This document shows positions 1 to 9,240 of a stretch of 64,000 bases of DNA, in pieces. Position numbers and translations under genes: made by a program. Positions within the stretch are counted from its first letter, which is position 1; the number at the start of each line of letters is the position of its first letter. The stretch spans positions 277,773-341,772 of the forward strand of contig JBHYEQ010000002.1 of assembly GCA_051860065.1 (NCBI GenBank). Direction: 5' to 3'. The notes below the pieces were generated by a model, which did no database searches, had not been told where the DNA came from, and saw nothing but the letters and a program-made list of their open reading frames with translations. The stretch is from Roseomonas sp. (GTDB lineage: Bacteria; Pseudomonadota; Alphaproteobacteria; Acetobacterales; Acetobacteraceae).

Positions 1-142
1 CGACGGCGCCGCCCGGGGGCCAGCGCAGACCGGCTCGCTGCCGATGCCGCCGTCGGCTGGGTCGAAGCGGCCCGAAACAGCGACGCTGCGCGGCGCAATC
101 ATTGTTTCGCCGGGCGATCTCGGTCACGCTGCCCGGGTCAGG

Positions 143-490
143 ATGGAGTGTGCGCCGTTGGAACCCAAGGACATCCGCATCCCGTTCCCGCTCGACATGC
201 TCGGGGACCTCGACACGACGCTGCGCTATGTCGAGGACCGGCACCTCGTGGACATGAATGCAGCCCAGGCGGGTTTCCACCCGCTGGCCGCCGCGGTGCA
301 TGCCATCAAGTCGGCGATCCAGGCCTATCGTGCCAAGGCGGCTGACGAGGCGCTGTCGATCGAGAACCTTCCGATCGAGCGGCACCACCTTGCGACCGTG
401 ATGGATTTCGCGCGCATGGGCACCGATGGCGACCCCGACCAGCGCCTGGCCACCGGGAACGTATCGGAATGGCTGGACCGCGACATTTGA
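143..490 (+). CDS. hypothetical protein
   Basis: ORF with protein-like composition; start chosen at ATG 143 (ORF open from 44); no recognised motif. Confidence 0.55.
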   Translation: MECAPLEPKDIRIPFPLDMLGDLDTTLRYVEDRHLVDMNAAQAGFHPLAAAVHAIKSAIQAYRAKAADEALSIENLPIERHHLATVMDFARMGTDGDPDQRLATGNVSEWLDRDI

Positions 491-505
491 GCGCGGCGGC
501 GCGAC

Positions 506-943
506 CTACAGCGCCTTCCGGAACCACACCCGGGCATGCCCCGCCGGCATGCCCTCGAGCCGGCCGAATTCGGCATAGCCGTTGCGCTGCCAGAAGCCCG
601 GCGCCTGGAAGCTGAAGGTATCGGTATAGGCGTTGGTGCAGCCGCGTTCGCGCGCGATGGCCTCCGCGCGCGCCAGCAATTCGTTGCCGACGCCCTGGCC
701 GCGGAGCTCCGGGCTCAGCCACAGCCAGTCGATGAAAAGCCAGCCCCAGAAGGTCAGGCCGAGCAGCCCGCCCAGCGTCTTGCCATCCGCATCATGCACC
801 AGCAGCGTGACGGGCTCGCGGTCGTAGTCACCGCCCATCTCCTGGTTGAAGGCGTGCAGGCCGCGCTGGATGGCGCCCACCGCTTCGAATTCCGGCGCGG
901 CGTCCTCGACGATCTCGAAGCCGCGCGTCTCAACCGTGGTCAT
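506..943 (-). CDS. GNAT family N-acetyltransferase
   Basis: acetyl-CoA motif LRGQGVG, WLFIDWLWL, TFSFQAPGFW..GY..FG. Confidence 0.9.
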   Translation of the reverse strand: MTTVETRGFEIVEDAAPEFEAVGAIQRGLHAFNQEMGGDYDREPVTLLVHDADGKTLGGLLGLTFWGWLFIDWLWLSPELRGQGVGNELLARAEAIARERGCTNAYTDTFSFQAPGFWQRNGYAEFGRLEGMPAGHARVWFRKAL

Positions 944-1401
944 CCGCCGAACCGTCCCCATGCCGCGACCGCCACGGTGAGCAGCCCAAGTGCGAGATTG
1001 ACACTGACGCCTTTCCGGATCCTGTCCAGCGCGGCCGCCGCGCCCGGCGCATCCCCGGCCGCCAGGGCCGCGCGCATGCCGCGCCCCGGCCCCAGCGCGA
1101 CCAGCGCGAAGATGGCGGCCATCAGCAGGCCGGTCAGGTGCATCAGGTGCACGTGCCAGATGCTGCCCCCGAAGCCCCAGTACCAGCCCAGCCACATGGC
1201 CCAGCCGGTCAGCAGCACGATCGGCACGACATGCCACAGGATGCGGAAGAAGCGCTTGAACACCCCGCCCATCAGCGCCAGGCGCTGCGGCGGATCGAGC
1301 GTCTCATGCGCCGCAGGCCGCAAGGCGAGGATGGCGAAGGCCATGCCCCCCACCCAGACGACAGCGCCCAGCACATGCAGCACGAACAACAGCGTTGCCA
1401 T
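940..1401 (-). CDS. CopD/DUF4149-like membrane protein
   Basis: LHVLGAVVWVGGMAF N-terminal motif, about 4 hydrophobic helices; 4-nt overlap with the GNAT gene. Confidence 0.7.
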   Translation of the reverse strand: MATLLFVLHVLGAVVWVGGMAFAILALRPAAHETLDPPQRLALMGGVFKRFFRILWHVVPIVLLTGWAMWLGWYWGFGGSIWHVHLMHLTGLLMAAIFALVALGPGRGMRAALAAGDAPGAAAALDRIRKGVSVNLALGLLTVAVAAWGRFGG

Positions 1402-1402
1402 C

Positions 1403-2035
1403 TCAGCGGTCCTTGAGCGCGCGCAGCGCGGCGGCGAGCGCACGGGCCTCGGCCGCGGCGACACCCTTGGGCGCGGCTTCCACCGCGCCGAGCCCGGCCA
1501 TGAAGGCCTGGGCGAAAGCAGTCCGGTTGCCCAGCGAGGCACCCACCAGCGGCAGGTCGCGTTCGCGGATCGCGGCATGCACCTGGTCGAGCAGCCTGCC
1601 CGAGGCGGGCGCGCGGTTCAGCACGAGCGCCACCTCGCGGCCTTCCTTCTTCGCGAGTTCCAGCGTGGCATCCATCGACCACAGGTCGGCCGCCGAGGGT
1701 TGCAGCGGCAGCAGCACCAGGTCGGCGCCGCGCACCGCCGTGCGCGCATCGCTGTCGTCATGCGGCGCGGTGTCGAGCAGCACGACATCGGCCTCGCGCC
1801 GCAGCCGGTCGAGGATGGAGGGCAGCCGCCAGCCGGTCGGCGCCTCGAAATGCAGCGGCCGCGCCTTGGGCGAGCGCCCGCGCACCTCGTCCCAGCGCGC
1901 CAGCGAACGCTGCGGGTCGATGTCCAGCAAGGCAACGCGCGCGCCCTCCTCCGCATAGGCGGCGGCGAGGTTGGCGGCGATGGTGGACTTGCCGGCGCCG
2001 CCCTTGCGTTGCGCGACGGCGATGACGAAGGCCAT
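1403..2035 (-). CDS. ParA family ATPase (orphan)
   Basis: deviant Walker A QRKGGAGKST, DIDPQRS, LLDTAP. Confidence 0.9.
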   Translation of the reverse strand: MAFVIAVAQRKGGAGKSTIAANLAAAYAEEGARVALLDIDPQRSLARWDEVRGRSPKARPLHFEAPTGWRLPSILDRLRREADVVLLDTAPHDDSDARTAVRGADLVLLPLQPSAADLWSMDATLELAKKEGREVALVLNRAPASGRLLDQVHAAIRERDLPLVGASLGNRTAFAQAFMAGLGAVEAAPKGVAAAEARALAAALRALKDR

Positions 2036-2091
2036 GCGCGACTCCGTGTGTGGCGATGCAGCATAGCAGAACGCCGCAAACAGCCCGGAGT

Positions 2092-2469
2092 TCAGTCGAG
2101 GAACGGATTTCCCCCGCGTGGCCCGCGCGCCCGCGGCCCGTAATGCTGCGCCAGGTAGTCCACGATCGTGGTGCGGAACTCGCCATCGATCGGGTTCATG
2201 CCGTGCTTCTCCGCCATCCAGTCCATCAGCTCGTCCCAGCGGTCGCGCGAGAAGGCCGAACGCCGGATCAGCGCCGTGTTGTGGCAGGCGGTGCAGTAGG
2301 CGAAGGTCTCGGAACGGCCTTCGCCCTCGGCCAGCACGGTTTCTTCCTCGGTGCGGGCGGCGATTTCGGCGGCGGCCTCGGCCTGGCGGCGCGCCAGGTC
2401 CGCATCCTGCGCGAAGGCCAGGCTGGCGGTGAGCAGCGCGCCCACCGCCGGAACCATCCATGCCCGCAT
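2092..2469 (-). CDS. monoheme cytochrome c (SorB/SorU-like partner)
   Basis: signal peptide, CTACH heme motif, later M..KHGM; 1-nt overlap with the upstream Mo enzyme gene. Confidence 0.85.
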   Translation of the reverse strand: MRAWMVPAVGALLTASLAFAQDADLARRQAEAAAEIAARTEEETVLAEGEGRSETFAYCTACHNTALIRRSAFSRDRWDELMDWMAEKHGMNPIDGEFRTTIVDYLAQHYGPRARGPRGGNPFLD

Positions 2470-3770
2470 CAGCCGACCAGCACCGCGGCGCGGCTGATCG
2501 GGTTGGCGCCGTAGCCCTGCGGGTTCCAGTTCGCCGCGACATGCGGCTGCATGCGCCCGTTGCTGTCGGTCGCGCGGTACCAGATTTCGTAGTAGCCGTC
2601 GGAGGGGAAGGCGACGCGCCCGCTCCAGCGCTGCCAGGAATGCCGGTTGGGCGGCGCCGCCACCGTCATGGCCTGCCAGGACTGGCCGAAATCCACCGAG
2701 ACGTCGACCGCGCGCACCGTCAGGTCGCCGGCCCAGGCCTGGCCGCGGATGTCCAGGTTGCGCGTGCCCGCCGGCAGGCGCGTGCCATGCGCGTGGCTGG
2801 TCAGCACGGAGCGCACCGGCATGCTCTCCATGTCCACGAAATCCGCGCCATTGTTGCGGCTGCCGGGCACGATCGGGCGCACCGGGATGCGGTAGGAGGT
2901 GCCGCCCATGCCGCGCCCGGTATGCGGCGTGGCCTTCAGCTCGATGCGCGTGAACCATTTCTGGCTGAGCGAGCCCGGCCAGCCCGGCACGATCAGGCGC
3001 ACCGGCGCGCCATGCATCTGCGGGATCGCGGCGCCATTCATGCGGATGGCGACGAGCGTGTCCTCGTCCATCGCCTTGTCGATCCGCATGCCGCGGCTGA
3101 TCGCCGGGCCCTGGGCGGACAGGTGCGTATCGGCGCCGTGATGGCCGGTGAATCTCGCGCTTTCCTTCAGCCCGGCCGCGCGCAGCACATCGCGCAGCCG
3201 CACGCCGGTCCATTCGGCGTTGGAGATGGCGCCATTGCCCCATTGGTTGCCCGCCGCCTGCGGCGTGAAGCCCGAGCGTCCATTGCCGCCGCATTCCATC
3301 TGCAGGCGCATGGTGACCAGCGGGAAGCGCGATTCCAACTCGCCCACCGTCAGTTCGAGCGGCGTGTTCACCTCGCCATCGACCGTCACCTTCCAGGCGC
3401 GCGGGTCGGCGGCGGGCTCGGGCACGGCGCCATTGTTGCGGATAAAGAATTTCTCCGCCGGGGTGATGTCGTCATCGAGCAGCGCCTCGGGCGTCTCGGC
3501 ATTGAGCGGGCGCTCGCCCTGCATGATGAGGCGCGCCTTGCCTTCCATCTGCAGGAACTGCGGCGCTGACCCTTGCGCGAGTGCCGCCGGCAGCAGCCCA
3601 CCCGGCAGGTGGCGCGCGAAGGGGATGGCACTGCCCAGCGCCACTCCCATGGCCGCCAGCGCCGCGCCCTTCAGCGTGTCGCGCCGGCCCCAGGCCAGGG
3701 CATCGGCACGCTCGGGGTCGTCGCTGTAGAGTTCGGCGAGCGAGCGCTCGGTCCGCGTGTATCTCGGCAT
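2469..3770 (-). CDS. sulfite oxidase family molybdoenzyme (SorA/SorT-like)
   Basis: Tat motif GRRDTLK, FFIRNNG, Mo-ligand ECGGNGR, HGAPVRLIVPGW, C-terminal dimerisation domain (WNPQGYGAN). Confidence 0.9.
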   Translation of the reverse strand: MPRYTRTERSLAELYSDDPERADALAWGRRDTLKGAALAAMGVALGSAIPFARHLPGGLLPAALAQGSAPQFLQMEGKARLIMQGERPLNAETPEALLDDDITPAEKFFIRNNGAVPEPAADPRAWKVTVDGEVNTPLELTVGELESRFPLVTMRLQMECGGNGRSGFTPQAAGNQWGNGAISNAEWTGVRLRDVLRAAGLKESARFTGHHGADTHLSAQGPAISRGMRIDKAMDEDTLVAIRMNGAAIPQMHGAPVRLIVPGWPGSLSQKWFTRIELKATPHTGRGMGGTSYRIPVRPIVPGSRNNGADFVDMESMPVRSVLTSHAHGTRLPAGTRNLDIRGQAWAGDLTVRAVDVSVDFGQSWQAMTVAAPPNRHSWQRWSGRVAFPSDGYYEIWYRATDSNGRMQPHVAANWNPQGYGANPISRAAVLVG

Positions 3771-3820
3771 CGCTTCCTCCGTGATTGTTTGCGCGTTTAC
3801 GCATGAAGGATGTCGCACCC

Positions 3821-5299
3821 ATGCCCCACCCGGCAAGGCCCTTTGAGCTCCTGACGCCGGAGGAGATGGCGCACGCCGATGGCCTGGCGATCGCCGGCGG
3901 CATCCCGGTGGACCGGCTGATGGAGGCCGCGGGCCGCGCCGTGGCGCGCGCGGCGATGCGGCGCTTCCGGCCGGTGCGGACGCTGGTGCTGGCCGGGCCG
4001 GGGAACAATGGCGGGGATGGCTATGTGGCGGCGCGGCTGCTGGACCAGGCGGGCTGGCCGGTCGCGGTGGCGTCCCTGGCGGCGCCGCGCCCGGACAGCG
4101 CTGCCGCCCGCGCCGCGGCGCGCTGGCGCGGGCTGGTGGTGCCGTTCTCGCCCGCCGAAGCCGCCCGGGCCGGTCTGGTGATCGACGCGGTGTTCGGCGC
4201 CGGCCTGGCGCGGCCTGTCGATGGACTGGTGGCCGCAACGCTGGCGGCCGCGGGTGGGCCGGTGCTGGCGGTGGACATGCCCTCGGGCGTCGATGGCGCG
4301 ACCGGGCAGGTGCTGGGCTATGCGCCGCAGGCCGCCCTGAGCGTCACCTTCTTCCGCCGCAAGCCTGGGCACCTGCTGCTGCCCGGGCGGCTGCTCTGCG
4401 GCAAGGTGGTGCTGGCCGATATCGGCCTGCCGGCATCGGTGCTGGACGCCGTGGCGCCGGGCTGCGCGCACAACCTGCCCGGCCTGTGGCGCCTGCCCCA
4501 GACCGACCACGGCGCGCACAAATACAGCCGGGGCCATGTGACGGTGGTGGCCGGCGCGGGCATGACCGGCGCGGCCCGGCTGGCGGCGGATGGCGCGCGG
4601 CGGGGCGGCGCCGGGTTGCTCACCATCGCCGCGCCGGACCGCCAGGCCGCTGATGTACTGCGCGGCGGCGCGCCTGGCGTGATCGTCACCGAGGCAGCGC
4701 CGGCCGATCTCCTGGCCGACCCGCGCCGCGGCACCTGGGTGATCGGACCCGGCCTGTCGCCCGACGCCGCCACGCTCGCCCTGCTGCGCCAGGTGGTGGA
4801 GGCGGGCAGGGCGGTGGTGGCCGATGCCGGGGCGCTCGGTGCCGCAACCGGCAACCCTGCTGCGCTGGCCGGCTGCGCGGTGCTGACGCCGCATGCGGGG
4901 GAATTCACCCGGATCTTCGGCCCGATCGGCGGCGACCGGCTGGCCGCGGTGCGGCGGGCGGCGGCGCTGTCCGGCGCGGTGGTCGTGCTGAAAGGTCCGG
5001 ATACGGTGATCGCCGCGCCTGACGGCCAGACGGCGATCAACGACCACGCACCGCCCTGGCTGGCGACCGGCGGGACCGGGGACGTGCTGGCCGGCATGGT
5101 GGCCGCGCTGCTCGCGGCGGGAAGCACGGCCTTCGAAGCCGCCTGCGCCGCGGCCTGGTTGCATGGCGAGGCCGGTTTCGCCTGTGGCGAGGGGTTGCTG
5201 GCGGAGGATCTCGCCGCCTGCATCCCGGCGGCGATGGCGCGGGCGCGGGAGGTGATGGAGTTCCCGCGCCAGGACCAGCCCGCAACGCAATATCATTAG
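3821..5299 (+). CDS. nnr: bifunctional NAD(P)H-hydrate epimerase/dehydratase
   Basis: GPGNNGGDG, DAVFGAG, AVDMPSG, HKYSRG, LTPHAGEF, LATGGTGDVLAG; start could be 3803. Confidence 0.93.
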   Translation: MPHPARPFELLTPEEMAHADGLAIAGGIPVDRLMEAAGRAVARAAMRRFRPVRTLVLAGPGNNGGDGYVAARLLDQAGWPVAVASLAAPRPDSAAARAAARWRGLVVPFSPAEAARAGLVIDAVFGAGLARPVDGLVAATLAAAGGPVLAVDMPSGVDGATGQVLGYAPQAALSVTFFRRKPGHLLLPGRLLCGKVVLADIGLPASVLDAVAPGCAHNLPGLWRLPQTDHGAHKYSRGHVTVVAGAGMTGAARLAADGARRGGAGLLTIAAPDRQAADVLRGGAPGVIVTEAAPADLLADPRRGTWVIGPGLSPDAATLALLRQVVEAGRAVVADAGALGAATGNPAALAGCAVLTPHAGEFTRIFGPIGGDRLAAVRRAAALSGAVVVLKGPDTVIAAPDGQTAINDHAPPWLATGGTGDVLAGMVAALLAAGSTAFEAACAAAWLHGEAGFACGEGLLAEDLAACIPAAMARAREVMEFPRQDQPATQYH

Positions 5300-5471
5300 C
5301 TTAGGCGATCCAGCTTAGACAAAAGATAAACCAGGTTTCGCGCCCTGGTGAGTCCCAATCTCACGTTTCCGTGTCATGCGCGTGGCGCCGAGTGAGAAAC
5401 CACCATGGCGCGAACAATATATAGTTGAGCGCCACGGCCTCATCCACAACATGATGTAGAATTCCAAATTT

Positions 5472-5495
5472 AACACAATTGGTTACTAATGTGTT
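5472..5495. promoter_or_regulatory. inverted repeat AACACA-N12-TGTGTT, putative operator
   Basis: dyad in an AT-rich intergenic region upstream of the ORF at 5550. Confidence 0.35.
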
Positions 5496-5549
5496 GAAAA
5501 GGCAGAATCTCTCACGCTAGGGTACCTACGGGAAAACCCCGGGGGATCC

Positions 5550-5912
5550 ATGAGCAGCACTCTCGTCAGCGCCCTTCACAACGAGGAGCGCTCCATCATC
5601 GCAGAACTTCGCGCCTCCAAGCCGTTCCAGCGGCTGGAAGGCATCCACAAGTTGCTGACGCTGTACGACGCGCAACCATCGGTCTCGGTGAGCCTGGGTG
5701 CCGGCGCGTCCGAACCCGAGCGCAACGCTGCGCCGGTCATCCAGCTCGCCCCGCCGCCCACCACGCCGATCGCCATGCCGGGGCCGACCGGCACCGAGCA
5801 GGTCGCCGCCGGCGGTGCCGTCGCGGTGAACCAGGGCGGCATGGCCATCGAGGAGCCCTCGGGCGTCGTCTCCTCCGTGCGTGCCGCGCTGCTGGGGATC
5901 GGCAAGGGCTGA
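5550..5912 (+). CDS. hypothetical protein
   Basis: 120-aa ORF with helical N-terminus and a Pro/Ala-rich linker; RBS-like GGGGGA upstream. Confidence 0.7.
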   Translation: MSSTLVSALHNEERSIIAELRASKPFQRLEGIHKLLTLYDAQPSVSVSLGAGASEPERNAAPVIQLAPPPTTPIAMPGPTGTEQVAAGGAVAVNQGGMAIEEPSGVVSSVRAALLGIGKG

Positions 5913-6084
5913 TCGCGGGTTGCGGATCGCGCCGCCTGGCGCGGTCCTGCCACCGGCGGGCAGGCTTCATCGCTTGGCAAGGCCGCGCACCGCAGGGTGG
6001 GCGGCCTTGTCGCGCCGGGCATACAATCCTGGCGCTTCACGGAATGTGTCGCTAGATTTCAACCCCGACGGGAAGGGGTGAGGC

Positions 6085-7536
6085 ATGTCGGACATTGCCG
6101 TGCAGGCCGGGTTGCTCGACAGGGCCATGAAGCGCGTCACCACCCTGTGGCGCGATATGGCCGCCGCGGTGGGCGTTTCCGACCCCGACCCCGACCTCGC
6201 GGCCCGCCTGGCCGCCTGCCTCGAAGCCCGCGGCGGCGAGGTCTCGGCCCGCAACCGCGCCGCCGGGCTGGCCGAAGCCTATCGTACCCTGGATCCCGAA
6301 GGGCGTACGGATTTCCTGCGCGCCCTCGCATCCTTCGATTCCGACGCCGATGCCGTTGCCCGGGCCATGGAGAAGGTGGCCGCCGCCGCCGATGCCGCCG
6401 AGCGTGCCGTCGCCACGGCCCGCCTGCGCCGCGCGCTCGAACCGCCGCGCATCCGCCTGCTGACGGCCTTCGCTGCCATCCCGGACGGGGTGAAGTTCCT
6501 GGTGGATCTGCGCGCGGACCTGCTGGCGCGCCTGGACGGCGACAAGCTGCTCCAGGCGCTGGAGACCGACCTCAAGGGGTTGCTGGCCGCCTGGTTCGAC
6601 GTCGGCTTCCTGGAATTGCGCCGGATCGACTGGCATTCGCCCGCCATCATCCTGGAGAAGCTGGTCCAGTACGAGGCCGTCCACCGTATCCGATCCTGGC
6701 GCGACCTGCGGAACAGGCTGGAATCCGACCGCCGCTGCTACGCCTTCTTTCATCCGCGCATGCCCGAGGAACCGCTCATTTTCGTCGAGGTTGCGCTGGT
6801 CCAGGGCATGTCCGACAACGTGCAGCGCCTGCTGGACGACAAGGCGCCGATCCTTGACCCGAAGCTCGCCGACACCGCGGTGTTCTATTCCATCAACAAC
6901 TGCCAGCGCGGGCTGGATGGCATTTCCTTCGGCAACTTCCTGATCAAGCGCGTGGTCGGGCTGCTGTCGGATGAGTTCCGCAACCTCAAGGCCTTCTGCA
7001 CGCTTTCGCCGATCCCGGGCTTTCGGCGCTGGCTCGATGGCGCGCTGGCCACCGGGGCGCTGACGCTGGCCGAGGATGAACGCAAGGCCCTGCTCGCCGC
7101 CTCGCCGCCCGCCCTGGCGCTGCCGGCGCCCGATGGCGACGCCCTGGCCGAACCCGCCGCCTTCCGATCGGACGACGGGGTCGCAGCCCTGCAGCGGCTG
7201 ATCGCGCGCCGCGGCTGGTCGCGCGACGACGCCGCGGCGAAGGTGCTGGAACCGCTGCTGACCCGGCTCTGCGCGCGCTACCTCGCGAAGGAGGATGCGC
7301 CGGGCCGCGCCGGCCGCGCGCGGGATCCGGTGGCACATTTCCATTTGTCTAACGGCGCGCGCATCGAGCGGCTGAACTGGCGTGGCGATACCTCGGACAA
7401 TGGCATGCGCCAGGCGCTGGGGCTGATGGTGAACTACCTGTATGACCCCGACCGCATCGAGGAGAACCACGAGGGGTATGTGGGCGAGGGCAAGCGGGCC
7501 GTGTCGAGCGCGCTGAAGAAGCTGGCGAAGGGGTAG
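6085..7536 (+). CDS. malonyl-CoA decarboxylase
   Basis: LEKLVQYEAVH, DRRCYAFFHP, FYSINNCQRGL.GISFGNFLIKRVV, TLSPIPGF, DPVAHFHLSNGA. Confidence 0.95.
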   Translation: MSDIAVQAGLLDRAMKRVTTLWRDMAAAVGVSDPDPDLAARLAACLEARGGEVSARNRAAGLAEAYRTLDPEGRTDFLRALASFDSDADAVARAMEKVAAAADAAERAVATARLRRALEPPRIRLLTAFAAIPDGVKFLVDLRADLLARLDGDKLLQALETDLKGLLAAWFDVGFLELRRIDWHSPAIILEKLVQYEAVHRIRSWRDLRNRLESDRRCYAFFHPRMPEEPLIFVEVALVQGMSDNVQRLLDDKAPILDPKLADTAVFYSINNCQRGLDGISFGNFLIKRVVGLLSDEFRNLKAFCTLSPIPGFRRWLDGALATGALTLAEDERKALLAASPPALALPAPDGDALAEPAAFRSDDGVAALQRLIARRGWSRDDAAAKVLEPLLTRLCARYLAKEDAPGRAGRARDPVAHFHLSNGARIERLNWRGDTSDNGMRQALGLMVNYLYDPDRIEENHEGYVGEGKRAVSSALKKLAKG

Positions 7537-7550
7537 CGCAGGCGACGATC

Positions 7551-7920
7551 GCGCCGAACCTGTCAGCCGCGCCAGCGCGCCAGTGCACGGCGCGAGGGCA
7601 AGCCGGCTGGACGGCCGGCGCCCGCCTCTTGAGGGTCGCAAAACCACGTCGGATCGTGCGGATGCATGATCCGGGAGCGCACGGCGCCACCGCGCCGGGA
7701 CCATCAGCCGCGTCCAGCGCGCTGGTGCATGGCGCGAAGGCAAGCCGGCCGGATGGCCGGTGCCTGCCGCTTGAGGGTCCAACACAGACTCGGATCGAGG
7801 CTTGCCTCGATCCGGGAGCGCACGGCGCGACCGCGCCCAGACCATCATTCGCCGCCAGCGCGCCAGTGCACGGCGCGAAGGCAAGCCGCGCGGATGCGCG
7901 GCGCCCGCCGTCTGAGGGTC
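7551..7920. repeat. ~142-bp structured tandem repeat, about 2.6 copies (REP/BIME-like)
   Basis: units end in GAGGGTC at 7637, 7779 and 7920; shared core CCAGCGCGCYRGTGCAYGGCGCGARGGCAAGCCG; several internal hairpins. Confidence 0.85.
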
Positions 7921-9130
7921 AACTGAAACTGTGCATCATCGCCCGCACCCGCGGGTAGATCTCCTGCTGCCAGCGCCGCCCGGCGAACACGCCGTAATGC
8001 CCAACCCCCGTCTGCAGATGATGGCTGCGCATCGACACCGGCACGCCGCTGCACAAATCCAGCGCCGCCATGGTCTGGCCGATACCGCAGATGTCGTCGC
8101 GCTCGCCCTCCACCGTCATCAGCCCCATGCGGCGGATGGCCGCCGGGCGCACCGGCCGGTCGCGCCATGTCAGCCGGCCATCGGGCAGGTCATGCGTCTG
8201 GAACACGCGCTCGATGGTCTCGAGGTAGAATTCCGCCGGCAGGTCCATCACCGCGAAATATTCCTCGTAGAAGCGCCGATGCGCCTCCGCCGCCGCTGTG
8301 TCGCCATTGGCGATGTTGCGATACTGCGTCTCGTGCGCGGCGATGTGCCGGCCGATGTTCATGGACATGAACGCCGTCAGCTGCGTCAGCCCCGGATAGA
8401 CCCGCCGCCCCGCGCCAGGCGCGGTCCAGGGTACGGTCGCGATCAGGTTGCGCGCGAACCATTCGATCGGCTTCGAGCCGGCCAGCACGTTCACCTTGGT
8501 CGGGTTCATCCGCGTGTCGATCGGCCCGGCCATCAACACCATGCTGCGCGGGCGGGCCGGGTCGCGATCCTCGTGCATCAGCGCGCCCGCCGCCAGCACC
8601 GCGACCGAGGGCTGGCAGACCGCCAGCACATGCGCGCCTTCGCCCATGGCGCGCAGGAAGTCCATGATGTGCTCGACATACTCGTCGAAGCCGAAGCGCC
8701 CGGCGGAGACCGGCGCGTCGCGCGCATTGTGCCAGTCGGTCACGTACAGGTCGAAATCGGGCAGCAGCGTTTCGGCGGTGTCGCGCAGCAGGGTGGCGAA
8801 ATGGCCCGACATGGGCGCCACCAGCAGCAGGGGCGGCTGGCGGCCCGGCGCGTCCTTGGCGAAGCGCAGCAGCGAACCGAAGGGAGTGGATCGCACCACC
8901 TCCTCGCGCACAGCGACCTCGCGATTGCCCATGCGCGTGGTGGCCAGGCCGAAATCCGGGCGGCGATGCGTCGTGCGGATCGACGCCATCAATTCCCAGG
9001 CCGCGATGGTGCGGCGCATGGCCGGTGCGGCGGCGGCGCCCGCGGCGCGCATCAGCGCGGCCAGGCCGCCGGCCTGCTGCCGCAACGGGTCCATGGCCAG
9101 GCGCTGGGCCTCGTAGAGCGCGTAGATCAT
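7919..9130 (-). CDS. phaZ: intracellular polyhydroxyalkanoate depolymerase
   Basis: LLVAPMSGHFATLLR, YVTDW.NAR, catalytic-type AVCQPSV, TVEGERDDICG.GQT, GHYGVF.GRRW. Confidence 0.93.
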   Translation of the reverse strand: MIYALYEAQRLAMDPLRQQAGGLAALMRAAGAAAAPAMRRTIAAWELMASIRTTHRRPDFGLATTRMGNREVAVREEVVRSTPFGSLLRFAKDAPGRQPPLLLVAPMSGHFATLLRDTAETLLPDFDLYVTDWHNARDAPVSAGRFGFDEYVEHIMDFLRAMGEGAHVLAVCQPSVAVLAAGALMHEDRDPARPRSMVLMAGPIDTRMNPTKVNVLAGSKPIEWFARNLIATVPWTAPGAGRRVYPGLTQLTAFMSMNIGRHIAAHETQYRNIANGDTAAAEAHRRFYEEYFAVMDLPAEFYLETIERVFQTHDLPDGRLTWRDRPVRPAAIRRMGLMTVEGERDDICGIGQTMAALDLCSGVPVSMRSHHLQTGVGHYGVFAGRRWQQEIYPRVRAMMHSFS

Positions 9131-9240
9131 CGACCCCCGCTGCGACGTGCGGTCCGGGCTATCCCGCGACTGGCCGCCGATGGTAATGCTGCACTGCAAA
9201 CGCGCTGCGGAGCAACACCGGCGCGTGACAGGAGAGCGGC

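Noticed and set aside
5470-5484. CtrA box upstream of the 120-aa gene
   Set aside because: TTAA-N7 is followed by GGTT rather than TTAA, so it does not fit the consensus.
7551-7920. 142-bp repeat as a CRISPR array
   Set aside because: The units are long and degenerate with no unique 30-40-nt spacers, and there are no cas genes in the window.
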